Assembly: GCA_964016885.1 (NCBI GenBank)
Contig: OZ024750.1
Coordinates: forward strand, 50,158,001-50,222,000
Reading direction: 5' to 3'
From: Eledone cirrhosa
Lineage: Eukaryota
Length of the DNA stretch: 64,000 nt
Below are positions 1 to 14,800 of the stretch, piece after piece. The first letter of the stretch is position 1. Each line of letters starts with the position of its first letter. A program made the translations under genes and the position numbers. Below the pieces are notes generated by a model that was not told where the DNA came from, did not search any database, and saw only the letters and a list, made by a program, of their open reading frames with translations.

Positions 1-71
1 GAACAATTTGTCAGCATTTTCTATTCCGTTTACCAATATATAATAACTTGTGTGTTACACCTCTATTCTTT

Positions 72-100
<29 letters not shown>

Positions 101-107
<7 letters not shown>

Positions 108-581
108 ATTAAATAAATGGAAACTATATTTATAAAACCATATCTATTTCATTATATATATTTCGGGGATATCATATTAACAATATGCTATGCCTTCCTC
201 AGACAAAATACAATATAAACAGTTTTATAGATAAATAGATTCGACATACCGTTATAACACCGACTTCCATTTGAAGAGGTTTAAGCTGGCAGCTTTAAGC
301 TGCCTGCCAGCTTAAACCTCTTCAAATGGAAGTCGGTGTTATAACGGTATGTCGAATCTATTTATCTATAAAACTGTTTATATTGTATTTTGTCTGAGGA
401 AGGCATAGCATATTGTTAATATGATATCCCCGAAATATATATAATGAAATAGATATGGTTTTATAAATATAGTTTCCATTTATTTAATATTGTAAATATA
501 CTCCAAATATGTGTCGAGTGCTTTTATATCAGTTATAAATATTTACTAGTTGTAACCCAACAATTTTAAATATAACTTTCC

Positions 582-583
<2 letters not shown>
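101..583. mobile_element. Family A fold-back element (PLE 3' end/pLTR) in (TA)n; arms ~101-290 and ~304-493 plus tail to 583
   Basis: Apparently perfect ~190-bp inverted repeat with (TA)n on both sides; homologous to 25623-25880, 34091-34514 and 56198-56360. Confidence 0.85.
386..451 (+). ncRNA. Type I hammerhead ribozyme, family A (mirror copy on - strand at 145-210)
   Basis: TATTTTGT-CTGAGGA-helix II (GG..CATATT/AATATG..CC)-GAAA-TATATA-TA-ATGAAATA; helix I TATTTTGT/ATGAAATA pairs with two G-U. Confidence 0.75.
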
Positions 584-623
<40 letters not shown>

Positions 624-781
624 TATTTTCCGTTGTATTGTAATATAAATATTACACACAGTAGATTGACAGCTCACGTAGAGTTTGTTCGACGGTTCCA
701 GTCGTAGTTCCAAAATTAATCCGGAGAAAAATAGAAAGATTTGAATGGATACAGTTTACTAAACTGTATCCATTCAAATCT

Positions 782-830
<49 letters not shown>

Positions 831-834
<4 letters not shown>

Positions 835-939
835 AAAGAATAGAGGTGTAACACACAAGTTATTATATAACACACAAGCATTTTCTATACCGTTTACCAA
901 TATATAATAACTTGTGTGTTACACCTCCATTCTTTTAAC
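831..939. repeat. Small (TA)n-flanked fold-back; second copy of the right arm at 13-76
   Basis: GTTAAAAGAATAGAGGTGTAACACACAAGTTATTATATA is inverted at ~901-939; same sequence at the window start. Confidence 0.75.
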
Positions 940-1262
<323 letters not shown>

Positions 1263-1281
1263 CTAAAAGATATATATACAG

Positions 1282-1312
<31 letters not shown>

Positions 1313-1337
1313 CATATACAGATATACATATATATAT

Positions 1338-1400
1338 AAACGTAAGTATGTATGTATACGTACATACACATATGTATACCGACGTACAGTAGCACATATG

Positions 1401-1465
<65 letters not shown>

Positions 1466-2070
1466 GCGTTCTACTGTACGTCTGTATACATATGTGTATG
1501 TACGTATACATACATACTTACGTTTAAGTAAGTGCCATACTAAGAGTGAGAAATGAAATTTCGTTTTCATTTTTTTCAACTTATCGTTTTCGGTATGCCT
1601 GACCGATTTAACTCACTCAATATGCAAATTAGGCTGCTCAGCCGTTAATTTTCATAAGGAAAGTATATACTTTCGAACGTTCAACTATCTGGCAGATGGG
1701 TAAACGGTGCTGATGATAGCTAACAAGCTTGAAACTAGTACATCGTTCCTGTGTCAGTGTTGAACAAAAAGGTGACGTGGTTGCCTTAACACCGTATGGC
1801 ATAAATTCAGGCTGTTCGCTTTGTTGACAAACAAACGAACAAAGCGGCCGGCGTTATAATAAACGTCGGCTAAACTGATGCGTGCATATATGTATGTGTA
1901 CCTGTATGCATATGTGTATATGTGTATATATATATGCATATGTGTATATATATATGCGTGCTACTGTACGTCTGTATACATATGTGTATGTACGTATACA
2001 TACATACTTACGTTTAAGTAAGTGCCATACTAAGAGTGAGAAATGAAATTTAGTTTTCATTTTTTTCAAC
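1338..2070 (+). mobile_element. Family B HHR element: inverted piece 1338-1398 plus unit 1471-2070 with ~110-bp terminal redundancy (period 490)
   Basis: 1471-1580 repeated at 1961-2070; no ORF; (TA)n flanks. Confidence 0.85.
1703..1747 (+). ncRNA. Minimal type I hammerhead ribozyme, family B
   Basis: AACGGTG-CTGATGA-TAGCT AACA AGCTT-GAAA-CTAG-TA-CATCGTT; 7-bp helix I, palindromic ACTAGT helix III, GUA site. Confidence 0.85.
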
Positions 2071-2093
2071 ATATATATATATATATATATATA

Positions 2094-2224
2094 CGTTATT
2101 CTTATTCCGGGTTGAATCGGAGGTAACCACAGTAAGTAAGGTACTCAATACATTGCAGAGTATAAAAGTTTTAATATAGATGAGATTCTAAAGAATGAAA
2201 CAGTTCTAGTCCTGTAGAATCTCA

Positions 2225-2230
<6 letters not shown>
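2094..2230. mobile_element. Family C fold-back fragment carrying an HHR 3' half (GAAAC-AGTTCTA-GTC)
   Basis: Homologous copies at 18797-18924 and ~54200-54350; inverted arm joined just upstream of GAAAC. Confidence 0.65.
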
Positions 2231-2276
<46 letters not shown>

Positions 2277-2711
2277 CATATATATATACATTGACGAAGC
2301 ACACTATACAATGAAGAACCCCTTCTATCAATATCTTAACATTTATTTCAGATATAATATATTCATGGCTATGCGTTATTCCTTCTGCAAGACTTTAGGA
2401 CACGGTTTGTAGGATATATAACTGCTATAAAAAGATCGCGCTACTGTAATATGGCTTCAAATATCCAGTGAGATATATATAAGTAAAATATATTCACTCA
2501 CATGCTAGAAGCAATGAAAGAACATATAATAAATAATTCATAAAAGGGTTTTTTGTGACACAGATTTTGATTGAAAGAAATCTAATATAGGGAACAGAAT
2601 TTGCAATATTCATAAATACTTTCATTTTTCATTAAATGGCACAAGTAATATAACTCATTGTTTCAACAGAAAAAAATCTTCCTAACTTAAACAGGTATAC
2701 AGCATCCGTGC

Positions 2712-2774
<63 letters not shown>

Positions 2775-2780
<6 letters not shown>

Positions 2781-3190
2781 TAAAAGGAATTCCAACTTTG
2801 TCTGATTTACTCGTTTTATTTACAATCCTTTAAAATTTATTATGATATTAGAATGAAATAGTATGGTAGAATATTAAATGTTAAGTGTTAATTGAACAAG
2901 TACTTTCATGATTTCGCAATCTTCAGGTTCACAATATGTTGTGACAGTCATGTTTGCAATTTTCAACTGACAGTTGAAAATTGCAAACTTGACTGTCACC
3001 ACAATTATGAACCTGAAGATCGCGAAAGCATGAAAGTACTTGTTCAATTAACACTTAACATTCTACGATACTATTTCATTCTAATACCATTATAAATTTG
3101 AAAGGATTGTAAATAAAATGAGTAAATCAGACAAAGTTGGAATTCCTTTTATGAATATAATCTTCTATACCCAATCATACACACCCGTGT
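2775..3190. mobile_element. Family E fold-back element, centre at 2970
   Basis: Arms ~2775-2969 and 2971-3159 with scattered mismatches; second copy at 33760-34016. Confidence 0.85.
3008..3046 (+). ncRNA. Minimal type I hammerhead ribozyme, family E (mirror copy on - strand at 2893-2931)
   Basis: TGAAC-CTGAAGA-TCGCGAAAGCAT-GAAA-GTAC-TT-GTTCA; perfect helix I, palindromic AAGTACTT, weak helix II. Confidence 0.7.
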
Positions 3191-3203
3191 ATATTTATCT
3201 ATC

Positions 3204-3235
<32 letters not shown>

Positions 3236-3871
3236 GTGGTCTGGATGGCTGTATATCCTAATGCCATGGATGGCTGTAAATCTGTTTAAGTTAGGAATAT
3301 TTTTTTCTCTTCAAATAATGAGTTATATTACTTATGGCATTTGATGAACAATGAAAGTTTTTGTGAATATTGCAAATTCTGTTCCCTATATTAGATTTCT
3401 TTCAATCAAAATCTGTGACACGGAAAATACCTTTTATGAATTGTTTATTATATATTCTTTCATTGCTTCTAGCATGTGAGTGAATATATTTTACTTATAT
3501 ATATCTCATTGGATATTTGAAGCCATATTACAGTAGCTCGATCTTTTTATAGCAGTTATATATCCCACAAACCGTGTCCTAAAGTCTTGCAGAAGGAATA
3601 ACGCATAGCCATGAATATATTATATCTGAAATAAATATTAAGATATTGATAGCAGGGGTACTTTATTGTATAATGTGCTTCATCAATGCTGAACTGGGGG
3701 ACTAGCAGTAATGTATGTAATGTGGTCGTGAATCCGAACAACAAAAAAGAAATGAAAGTCTATATGATGTACTAGAAGTTCAGCATTTGGTATTCTGATT
3801 AAACAAACATCTATTTTTGATAGATATTAAGAGACAATAGTGTAGATTTCTTACAGTAATATGAGGGATAT

Positions 3872-4090
3872 AGAATGGCGGAATCAGTAGAGCCTCGTGG
3901 CATGTTCCTGGACTTTACATGATAGGTTCAAATACCAGCGAGGTTAAATTTGCGATTGATCTTTACGTGTTCGATAAACTAAACCACCCGTTGAGTATTG
4001 ATGTCGATGTAAGCGACTCCATTCATCTGCTCGTCGTATGTCTAAGTTCGAAATATACAAACCTGCATGTGGTCGGGAATTTGCTTCAGA
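3872..4090 (+). mobile_element. Highly decayed tRNA-derived SINE related to the 51279 family
   Basis: GGTTCAAATACC B-box followed by GAGGTTAAATTTGC..TCGATAAA. Confidence 0.45.
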
Positions 4091-4321
4091 ATCAAGTGGT
4101 TCTGTGTTTGATCCAACAGTGTGACATATTTGGTAGGTAACTTTCAGCATATTCCTGGTGTTGCATCATAGGTTTTGTACTTATAACCTATGTGGAAGTT
4201 GCTCAAATGTATCCATGTATTTATCTATCGTTCGATCACTCAACCATCTCCTCTCGCACTATATATGTACATGTATATATGTACGTGTAAGTGAGTATAT
4301 ATATATATATATATATATACA

Positions 4322-4354
4322 CTACTAGCCATCATAGGTATTTCTTCGCATTAA

Positions 4355-4410
<56 letters not shown>

Positions 4411-4443
4411 TTAATGCGAAGAAATACCTATGATGGCTAGTAG
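4322..4443. repeat. 37-bp perfect inverted repeat with a (TA)n loop
   Basis: CTACTAGCCATCATAGG..TAAAGAC / GTCTTTA..GCTAGTAG. Confidence 0.85.
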
Positions 4444-4539
4444 ACCACTGATGATGGATAGTCCTGGCTTCTATTTCTAATTTTTCATTTTGATTGGTAT
4501 ATCACATTTACAACAAAACGGCACGCCATTTTTCATTCC

Positions 4540-4593
<54 letters not shown>

Positions 4594-7030
4594 TGTGTGT
4601 ATGTGTGTGTGTGTGTGTGTTTGTATGTATGTGTGTATGTGTGTGTGTGTGTGTGCATGTTGACGTGCGATGCTGTCAACATTATTTCCGTTGATGGGCG
4701 TTTATGCCCAATTTGTTATGTCTAATATTATAGGAAAGAAAAATGCGTCGAAGTTTCAAAATTTTCAATAAATACTGAATGATTCTGAAAATAGATCAGT
4801 GTGTGCGTGTGCCTGCGTGTGCGTGTGCCTGCGTGTGCGGGTGCGTGCTTGCGTATGTCAAGTGGAGGGTTAATAAGGATCACTAAAGCATTGACGATAA
4901 ATACTTTGTGATATATGATTATGACACTTTAAGCCTAGTAAACAATACCTTTATAATTTTCCAAATAGATAAGAAAAAGTCTAAACAAATCGCTGCTCAA
5001 TGTAATGAAAAAATAATCCATTGAAGTTGATGCCCTAAATTGGTCCTGAAAACAATTGAAAAGTTAAATGAATACCTTATTCTAATAGATTAACAAATGG
5101 CGGTCGTATCAATGCTTGTGTCCTTCACATCAACTAATCTCTTCATTAAGTTATTTGAGATTTCTATCCAAGGCAGCTATCATCCGTTTAAGGTTGAAAG
5201 AAAAAAAACTGCATAGTACTGGAGCCGTTTCCTCCTCTATATCTCCTTTCTCAGTTCCATTATCTCACTCTCTATCTTTCTCTGGAGGAAATCTTCTGTA
5301 TACAGACCTAGATAATTGATGGACTTCACCAGGTTTGATGAAAAGCTCTCGAAAATCCGTATGTCAATGCGACACCCCTACGACTCCTTCGGGAGGTACG
5401 GCCCCGTACATACATCACATGCAGCAAATTATTAGATTTTATGGGCTATCAGTTTAAATTCTTTCCAGTATTTGTTCCGAGTCGCCACAGTCTGCGTTCA
5501 AATCCTGCATAATTCACCGACGTTCAAGCAGTTTATTCATACAAAAATGCTAATATAAACCGAAGCCAAGAAAAGCCAAACTAATAAGCAGCAACGCACG
5601 AAACAATAGTAGGGAAATTTTCAGTCATATAAATGTAAAAACAACCATTTTTTACAGACATAGAATGTTATAACGAAACACAAAAGTAAATCTAGTCATA
5701 AACTGAAGCTGTACATGCCTCCCTACGTGGCAACTTATGTATCCTTTATATACACCAAGTATTCTGTTAAGTTATTCACCATTTGCAAGAACTTCTACAC
5801 TGAGATATACATTGCTCTTCACAGATTATCATTTATATGATATCTATTGGATACTTTACGGTAACATTATGGCAGATGATTGTTCAGCTACCTGCTACAC
5901 GTAGACATGGAAAGAGCCATAGCAGTACTCATATGAAGTCCTATGTGAGATATATGAAGGAGGACACGTCGTACATGAATCTAAATTGTGAGCAGATCAA
6001 TGATAGGACTTGCGACCATGTTGGGTGTAGATCCCTCGTGTGAGCAGGTTAATGATAGGACTTGCGTCAACCAATGCTTCAAAATGAGACAGAGGAACCA
6101 ATTAATTAAGTAATCATATTTACCCTATCAGAATACACTCTAAACATTTGAAGGTTTAAAAGTACCAGTTTATTATCTGGAATATTGTAGTATGTATTTA
6201 ATGCAGCTATTTTGCCTTGTAAATGTACGTTTGCTAATTTGTTTATTTACTATTTCGTCGTACATTTATATTAAGTAATATAGTAAGTGTTATATAAGGT
6301 AGTTTGTGCAAAGTTTATGAATCCTTGTTAAAGAGAGTCATAATATTGAAAAGCTAATAATTCCTGTATTCCAATTAGCATTTCATGAAATTTCAATGAT
6401 ATTCTTATGAAAGGCAAAAAGAAAAATATTGTTGATTAATTATCGTTAAATTTAAATTACATATGACTTATAGCCGGAACATTTGAATTATTCACTGTTA
6501 GGCAGTTAAAATTACAAAAGCTTCTTAACTTGCTGAAATTCTATAGATTATAGATATGAAGTATGGCTGAGTAAATTAGGAGCAGCGAATGACAATAGTA
6601 ATTGCTGTGTATAATAGTAACTGATCAACTAGTACGGTTAAGAATTACTGATAATGGACGGATATTTCTGAGGTCAGTTTAAGTCAGTTTATTATTTCAT
6701 ATTCTCACTGAGTGCAGAATTTTATTGATTTTTTTTCTATAATGAATGTCGAAGATCTACTTAACGAGCTGCTGTATTTGACGTTCATTACAGATTTACT
6801 ACACTGGACGTTCTGCATAATATTAAGTTCAATACTACCTAGAAGATTTATAACTATTTTACGATAGCGAGCAAAATCTGAAAGATAACCCAGTCTGTGA
6901 TGATCGAGATATCTAACGAACAACTAAAATATTCGGTCAATCCTAAAAGTAGTGGCATAAATACAATCCTTGCCGCCTCCCCTCATCATTCTTATAATTT
7001 ATCATCACCACAGGAACAACCATCACCATG

Positions 7031-7890
<860 letters not shown>

Positions 7891-7898
7891 TTTTTTAC

Positions 7899-8002
<104 letters not shown>

Positions 8003-8616
8003 AGAATACACACACATTCACACGGTATAATAAATATTTACTTTTTTGTGTAGTATATATGTGTATATTTTATGAACAGCGTATCTTGGCAGCAGTTGTG
8101 TAATAAAAGTGTTTAAAATGTTAATGTAACGCGTTAACGTGTGAGAGTTTTGGGTAAAATTGAAAACGGACCGTTTTAGCTGTAATTGTAATAGAATGTA
8201 GTTAAAATGGAAAACGAAAACAAAAACGAACAGTTCTAAATATAATACAGTAGTAAAAGTTGTTTAACATTTAAAAACGGACAATTTTAAATGAATGTAA
8301 TATCGTAACTATGAAAGGTGTTAGTAAAGAAAAGCGGAGAGATTTAAATGCAATGGAACAAGTGTGAGTGTACGCATTTTACCTTACGGACCATCTACGT
8401 AATTTTTGTTGCTGAATTCCAAAGGCAGCATTAATAATTACGTCTTCTTTTATTTTTCCTTTTCCTCACTCTCTCTCTTTATTATTATTTTTATTTTGTA
8501 GTATATATATGAATATTTCATGAAGAGCGTACCTTAGCAGAGGCTGTACATGAACACTTCTAATAAGGACAACATAATACACACACATACATACACACAC
8601 ACACACACACCCACAC

Positions 8617-8686
<70 letters not shown>

Positions 8687-8687
8687 G

Positions 8688-8821
<134 letters not shown>

Positions 8822-8827
8822 TATATA

Positions 8828-10700
8828 AGTGCCAACAACTTTCAGGCGTCTAACAATGGCATACCAAACTTGTATGGGCTCCGCAAAGGTCATAAGACAG
8901 TCGACGACCCGACAACAGGACCACCAACAAGACCTGTATGCGGTGGAAATAAAGCTAGCAACTACAGGATCTCCTAGTTCCTCTCGATGGTTATACGCCC
9001 CATAATCAACATGTCCCCAGACGTATGTGACAGTTCTGAGGAACTCCTCAGCAGAATCTGTGAGTGCAACAAAAACAAAATCCTATCCAACAGCATAATA
9101 GGCAGCATGGATATGGTATCACTGTACCCATCCATTAACATTGATTTTGCTGTGGAAAAATGTGTGGAGATGATCATTGAGAGTGAGGTGGAGTTCTGCG
9201 ACGTCGACACAGACGAACTGGGCCACCTACTTAGACTTACCTACGACACTGACTACCTAGACAGCCATGAACTTAGACGTTTCTGCCCCAGTAGACCCAT
9301 AAGAGGTAGACCCCCACACCACCAAAACCTCAATGGCAAAAAAGACTCCCATGGGAAGGAGGATTGGGTGGACCAAAACTATACGGACCCCCCAAAAACA
9401 ATGATCAGGTAAAAAAAAAATGGTCGCACATGCAATAGGGGCTAGTATCAAAACTACCCTAAAGGGCCACACATTCAAATTCAACGAGAAGATCTACACC
9501 CAAAATGTGGGAGCAGCCATTGGCGTCAGCATAGCTGGTGACGTTGCCAACCTTTTTATGGTATGGTGGGAAAGGAGACTCAAAGATCTCCCTGATGAGA
9601 GATCCATAGACCTCATCATGTACTCGTGTTACGTAGACGACATCAATATATTAATAAGGACATACCCACAAGAGAGTACTAACAAGTTTGATTTAGAACG
9701 TAGCACAATGGAAAGCGTCCAGCAGATAGCTAATTCCATACACCAGAGTATAACTGTAACTATAGACTTCCCTTCCAAACATCCTAACAATAGACTACCT
9801 GTATTAGACACGGAACTCTGGATACACACTATAGAGGAGAGAGCCGAAAGTCTACACTCACACTATGCTAAACCCATGGCCTCCAAATACCTGATACTCA
9901 AAAACTCAGCAATGTCCAGTAGTGCTATGTTTAATATTCTGATCGCAGACTAGGTACCAGTGATGAAGAAAGTGTCCCGCATGTGCAACCCAACAGAAAT
10001 GGAAAGACACATCCAACACTTCATCAACTGCATGCAGTTCTCTGACTACAACCAAAGAGACACAATCAGAGTATACGAAGGAGCCACGAAGAAGTATAAG
10101 ACCCACAAGAGCAAATTATGGAATAGCTTAGATAGGACTAGACATAAGATAGGGAAAGTCACCTCATGGTACGACAACCAGAGATACCAGAGTGTCATGT
10201 TTGTGGACGCTACACATTGAGGGAAATTAGCTAACCAGTGTAGAAACGCCCTGAGAAACACCCACTTAAAGATTAAGCTGGAAGAAAAGCCAGGAACCAC
10301 CATAAAATCCCTGATCAGCAAAGCCTACACTTTTAAGAAAACCCACTGTACTAATAGGAAATGTATTATATGTAAAGTAAAACCCCGGATAAACTGTAAA
10401 ACTAGAAACGTAGTGTATAGCAAAAGATGTACAGAGGGTACTTGCATAAACATGAAAACAACATACATAGGTGAGACAGCTCGTAGCAGAGATGAAAGGA
10501 TAGACCAACACTGGATGGAACTAAACGGACAAAAAAACGGCTCAGTACTATACAAACATGCCAGACAACAACCCGACGGTAACATAGACAACATAGAAAT
10601 TAGAATAATATCTAAACATAGAAATGACCCAACAGATAAGCAAATCAAAGAAGCCAGCGAAATAGAACTTAGAAGGCCAAAGCTAAACAGAAAAAAATGA
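8828..10700 (+). pseudogene. Penelope-like element RT + C-terminal GIY-YIG endonuclease, 5' truncated, with stops and frameshifts
   Basis: [40 protein letters not shown]; then CxxxxCxxC, NVVY, YIGETARS..ERIDQH..LYKH. Confidence 0.9.
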
Positions 10701-11003
10701 ATGAAATAACAACAACACCCAGACAAACAATACTGACCTAAGAGAAGTATAAATAAATAAATAAATAAATAAATACATACACAAGCACAATAACAACATA
10801 CACATATAAACACACACTAGTAAACTAAGATAGAATAAAATAACCAATAAACAGTCACCCAAACAGGAACACACATCAAACACTATACCAACACGCAAAC
10901 GCATGCGCAAAGTGGGCAAAAATAACTAACTAAATAAATAAATAAATAAACAGACTAATTAAAGATGGCGTAGGCATACAACACAACAGGAGGAAACAGA
11001 ATA

Positions 11004-11047
11004 GCACCACTGACGATGTTGCAGATGTGCAACGAAAGAACTTTGTT
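11004..11047 (+). ncRNA. Partly decayed HHR in the 3' UTR of the 8.8-11.1 kb PLE
   Basis: CTGACGA-T GTTGCA GATG TGCAAC-GAAA-GAAC-TT; helix I imperfect. Confidence 0.6.
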
Positions 11048-11347
11048 AGACTATATATATGTGTTTGTGTCTATATTATATCTGTATTTTTGACCGTTGG
11101 TCAGTCAATGGTAACATTGAGGACCTAATAAATTACATACATATATACATACATAGACATATACACATACATATATACATACATATATATATATATACAT
11201 ACATACATAGATACACATATATATATATATACATACATAAATACATACATATAAATATATACATACATATATACACACACACATACATATACATACATAT
11301 ATACATACATATACATATATACATACATATATACATACATATATATA

Positions 11348-11762
11348 TGGTGGCTGCCAACTCGTTTTCGAGTATGGCCACTACTTTATATCCATGTAGG
11401 AGAACCCCGACCGATGCGCTGAACAAGTGTAATTTTTTAGTCCAGCCAGCGACTTGAAAACTCTGGTACAAACACTACACTTGTGACAATTATTGACACA
11501 TAGTGCTGGGCCCATAGTACCATGTGACGACAAGTGCAGAGAGATCTCCAGATATAAAGCAATGCCTGTGCCGTGAAGCTTTTATAGTGAGCAAAGGCAC
11601 TGTACAAAGCCAGTCCCACTCTCTTAACCAAGATGATATTTACCAAAAAGAAGAACAAGTCAACATCATTGCATACCATCAGAGTTGCAGGTGTTATATC
11701 AATCAGAGTTTTCCTTCTCCTAGAATTCTGCCTTGACAAAGGCTAATGGGTCATCTCTCCCG
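11348..11762 (-). mobile_element. Bipartite non-autonomous RTE derivative (5' UTR part + 3' tail)
   Basis: 11558-11750 aligns with RTE 5' UTR 15761-15967; 11348-11380 resembles the RTE tail at 11848-11885 (CTCG-N4-CGAG stem-loop). Confidence 0.65.
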
Positions 11763-11847
11763 GACATATATATATACACACATATATACATACATATATA
11801 CATACATATATATACATATATACACACATACATATATACACACACAT

Positions 11848-14800
11848 GATGGCTGCCCCCTCGTTATCGAGTATGTCCATTGCACGAGGAGAAAAATAAA
11901 ATAAATAAATAAAATAAAATAAAATAAATAAAAAATTAATAAATAAATAAAAAAGAATATAAACAAAATATATATATATATATATATATACATACACACA
12001 CACATACATTAATAACAATAATAATAATAATAACAACAATAATAATAACGACAACAACAATAATAATATACATATACATATATATATATACATACACGCA
12101 CACACATACACATATCTATACACACACACACACGAAAGCAACTAACAGCGCTGCAATCAAATGTGGCTTTTTAGCCCAGCCAATGATCTAAAATGTCTTG
12201 CACAGAGTTGGCAACCAAAACATTCACTGGGAATAGTTGGCTGTGGTTGGAGTTTGTGTACTTTTGCATGACGCTTGAGTCCTCCTGCTGATTTACATTC
12301 TCTCCCTCATGTTTGGCAAGCATGATGAGAAGCATCTCCAACAGCAGCCTGGTAGTCAACCACTGGTTTTACTTTATGATTGCGAAGATGACTTTCGAGT
12401 CCAGCTTTGCTTAGGCAGAGTCTCGCACAGACGCAGCCTGTCAGCACCATAGGAGGACCCTCGCCGTCTGGAAGTGCAACAGCAATGCCCTTCTTCACAT
12501 CCCGTTTTACTTTCTCGTATGCGATTCGAGATGCCTCAAAGGCAACTTTTCCCTCATATACAGACTTTCTCCATTTATTACGATCAGCAGCAACATTTTC
12601 CCATGTATCAGCAGAGATGTTAGCGTCCCTCAGAGAGGCTTTCAAGGAATCCATATACCTCTTTTTTGGTTTATGTGGCGGTCGTTTTCCTTTAACCAAC
12701 TCTCCATAAAAGAGTTGTTTTGGTATTCTAGAATCCTTCATCCTGGCAAGGTGACCACTCCAACGGAGTCGTTGCTTAAGCCCAAGAGCTTCTATACTGT
12801 CACACATAGAGCTTTCCAAAATCTCGACATCACTGATGTGGTCCCTCCAGTGAACGCCATGGATCCGTCTGAGACACATCTGATGGAAACGCTCCGATTG
12901 CTTAAGGTTGTGTCGATATGTGACCCAGGTCTCGCAGGCATAAAGAAGACAAGAGAGCACACATGCCCTGTACACCTTTACCTTTGTCCGCCTGCATATG
13001 TCTCGCCGACCCCAGAGTCGCCTTTTTAGCTTTCCGAAAGCATCACTTGCTTTCCTAATCCTAAGTAAGATTTCACTGTCAAGGTTGCTGTATTGATTGA
13101 CAGTGCTTCCCAGGTAGACAAACTGATCAACCACTCCAAGTCGCTTGCCATACACATAGATGTTTGGTTCAGTGTACTGCTTACCAGGGGCAGGTTGGTA
13201 CAGGACGACGGTTTTCTTAAGACTGACAGTCAATCCCAGGGCAGTGCAAGCGTCAGAAAATGCATTCAAAATGTGCTGCATATCACTCTCTGTGTGCGCT
13301 ACAAGATCGCAATCATCTGCATACAAGAGGTCTCTTATGATTGATGTAAATACTTTTGTCTTCGCAGCAAAGCGCCTGATGTTAAATATGCTGCCTGAGG
13401 TTCGATATCGGATGTAAAGACCATGCTCGCAATTCCTGAATTCAATACAGAAAACCATTGCAAAGTATATGGCAAACAGGGTCGGTGCTGGAATATCCCC
13501 CTGTTTCACACCATTTTTTACTGAGATAGGCTCTGACATTAACCCAAGCCTTCATGTCGTCATGGAAAGACCTAACTAAAGCAAGGAACTTATCAGGGCA
13601 ACCAAGTTTCCGGAGAACCTTCCATAATGCACCTCTGTTAACAGTATCGAAAGCTTTTGTCAGATAGACAAAAACCTGCTACAGATCCAAGCCTTGTTCC
13701 ATGCATTTCTCCTGGAGCTGTCTAGCTGCGAACATCATATCAGTAGTGCCGCGTCCAGCACGAAAACCAGATTGACTTTCAGGAAGAAAACAATCTGCAA
13801 TGTGTGTCAGCAGACGGTCCAGAAACACCCTACATAAAACTTTCCCTACGACAGAAAGCAATGATATACCTCTGTAGTTCCCACAATCATTCCTGTTACC
13901 CTTTCCCTTGTACAAGACCACAATTACTGCATCTCTCCACTCCTCAGGTACGGATTCATTAGCCCATATCCTGCCAAACAAGAGTGAAGATGTTGCAGGA
14001 GTCTCTCACCACCATATTGTAGGAGCTCAGCATGTATGCCATCTATACCTGGAGATCTTCCACTGTTCAGCTTCGAAATAGCCACTGCAACCTCCACAAG
14101 CGTCGGAAGTTCTGCGAGAGCTACTTTCACAGGACTTTCTGGAATGAGATTAAGGAAATCTTCACTGACGACAGACGGCTGATTCAAAAGATCATCAAAG
14201 TGCTCTCGCCACCTTCGTAGAATTCCTTGTGAGTCACGAAGAATGTATTTGCCATCCTTGCTGCGAAGCGGTGTCACCAGAGAAGAAGACGGTCCATAAA
14301 CCTCACGCAAGAGACTGTACAACAGCTTTGTGTTATTGGAATCTGACGCAGTTTGTATCTCATCAGCCTTCTCACTCCACCACTGATTCTTCATCTGAGA
14401 AAGACTCCGCCTAACACGTGATTTTACATCCCTGAGTTCCTCATGCAACTTATTCCTCTCCTGTGGTTTTGCCGTCAAGTAGCGTGACAGAGCACGCCTC
14501 TTATCAGCCAACAAGTCTTCTATATGTACATCATTCTCATTAAACCAGTCCTGATGTTTTCTCTGCACCAATCCCAGCACACGCCTGCCTACATCATAAA
14601 CCGACTTTTTAAGGGTCGGCCAATCCTCACCAAGATCAGCAGCCTGCATCTCTTCTTCCAATGTCCTCTTCACATTTTTATCCTTAAGACGAGCAGCATT
14701 CAATCTTTTGGGCAGGGCAACACCAGGAGCCCGGATTTTACGTTTAGTGATTAGTTTCACTTTTGCGCGTACCAGGCGGTGGTCCGTCCAGCACTCAGCT

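Larger units (their letters stand above)
2289..3688. repeat. Family D inverted repeat (arms 2289-2715 and 3234-3688) enclosing the family E palindrome
   Basis: ~430-bp arms are diverged reverse complements. Confidence 0.85.

Noticed and set aside
5988-6070. Short ~30-bp direct duplication (TGTGAGCAG..GATAGGACTTGCG)
   Set aside because: Two diverged units only; ordinary local duplication
12160-12310. Selenocysteine reading of the TGA at a zinc-finger Cys position
   Set aside because: The element has many other lesions, TGY to TGA is a single change, and no SECIS was identified
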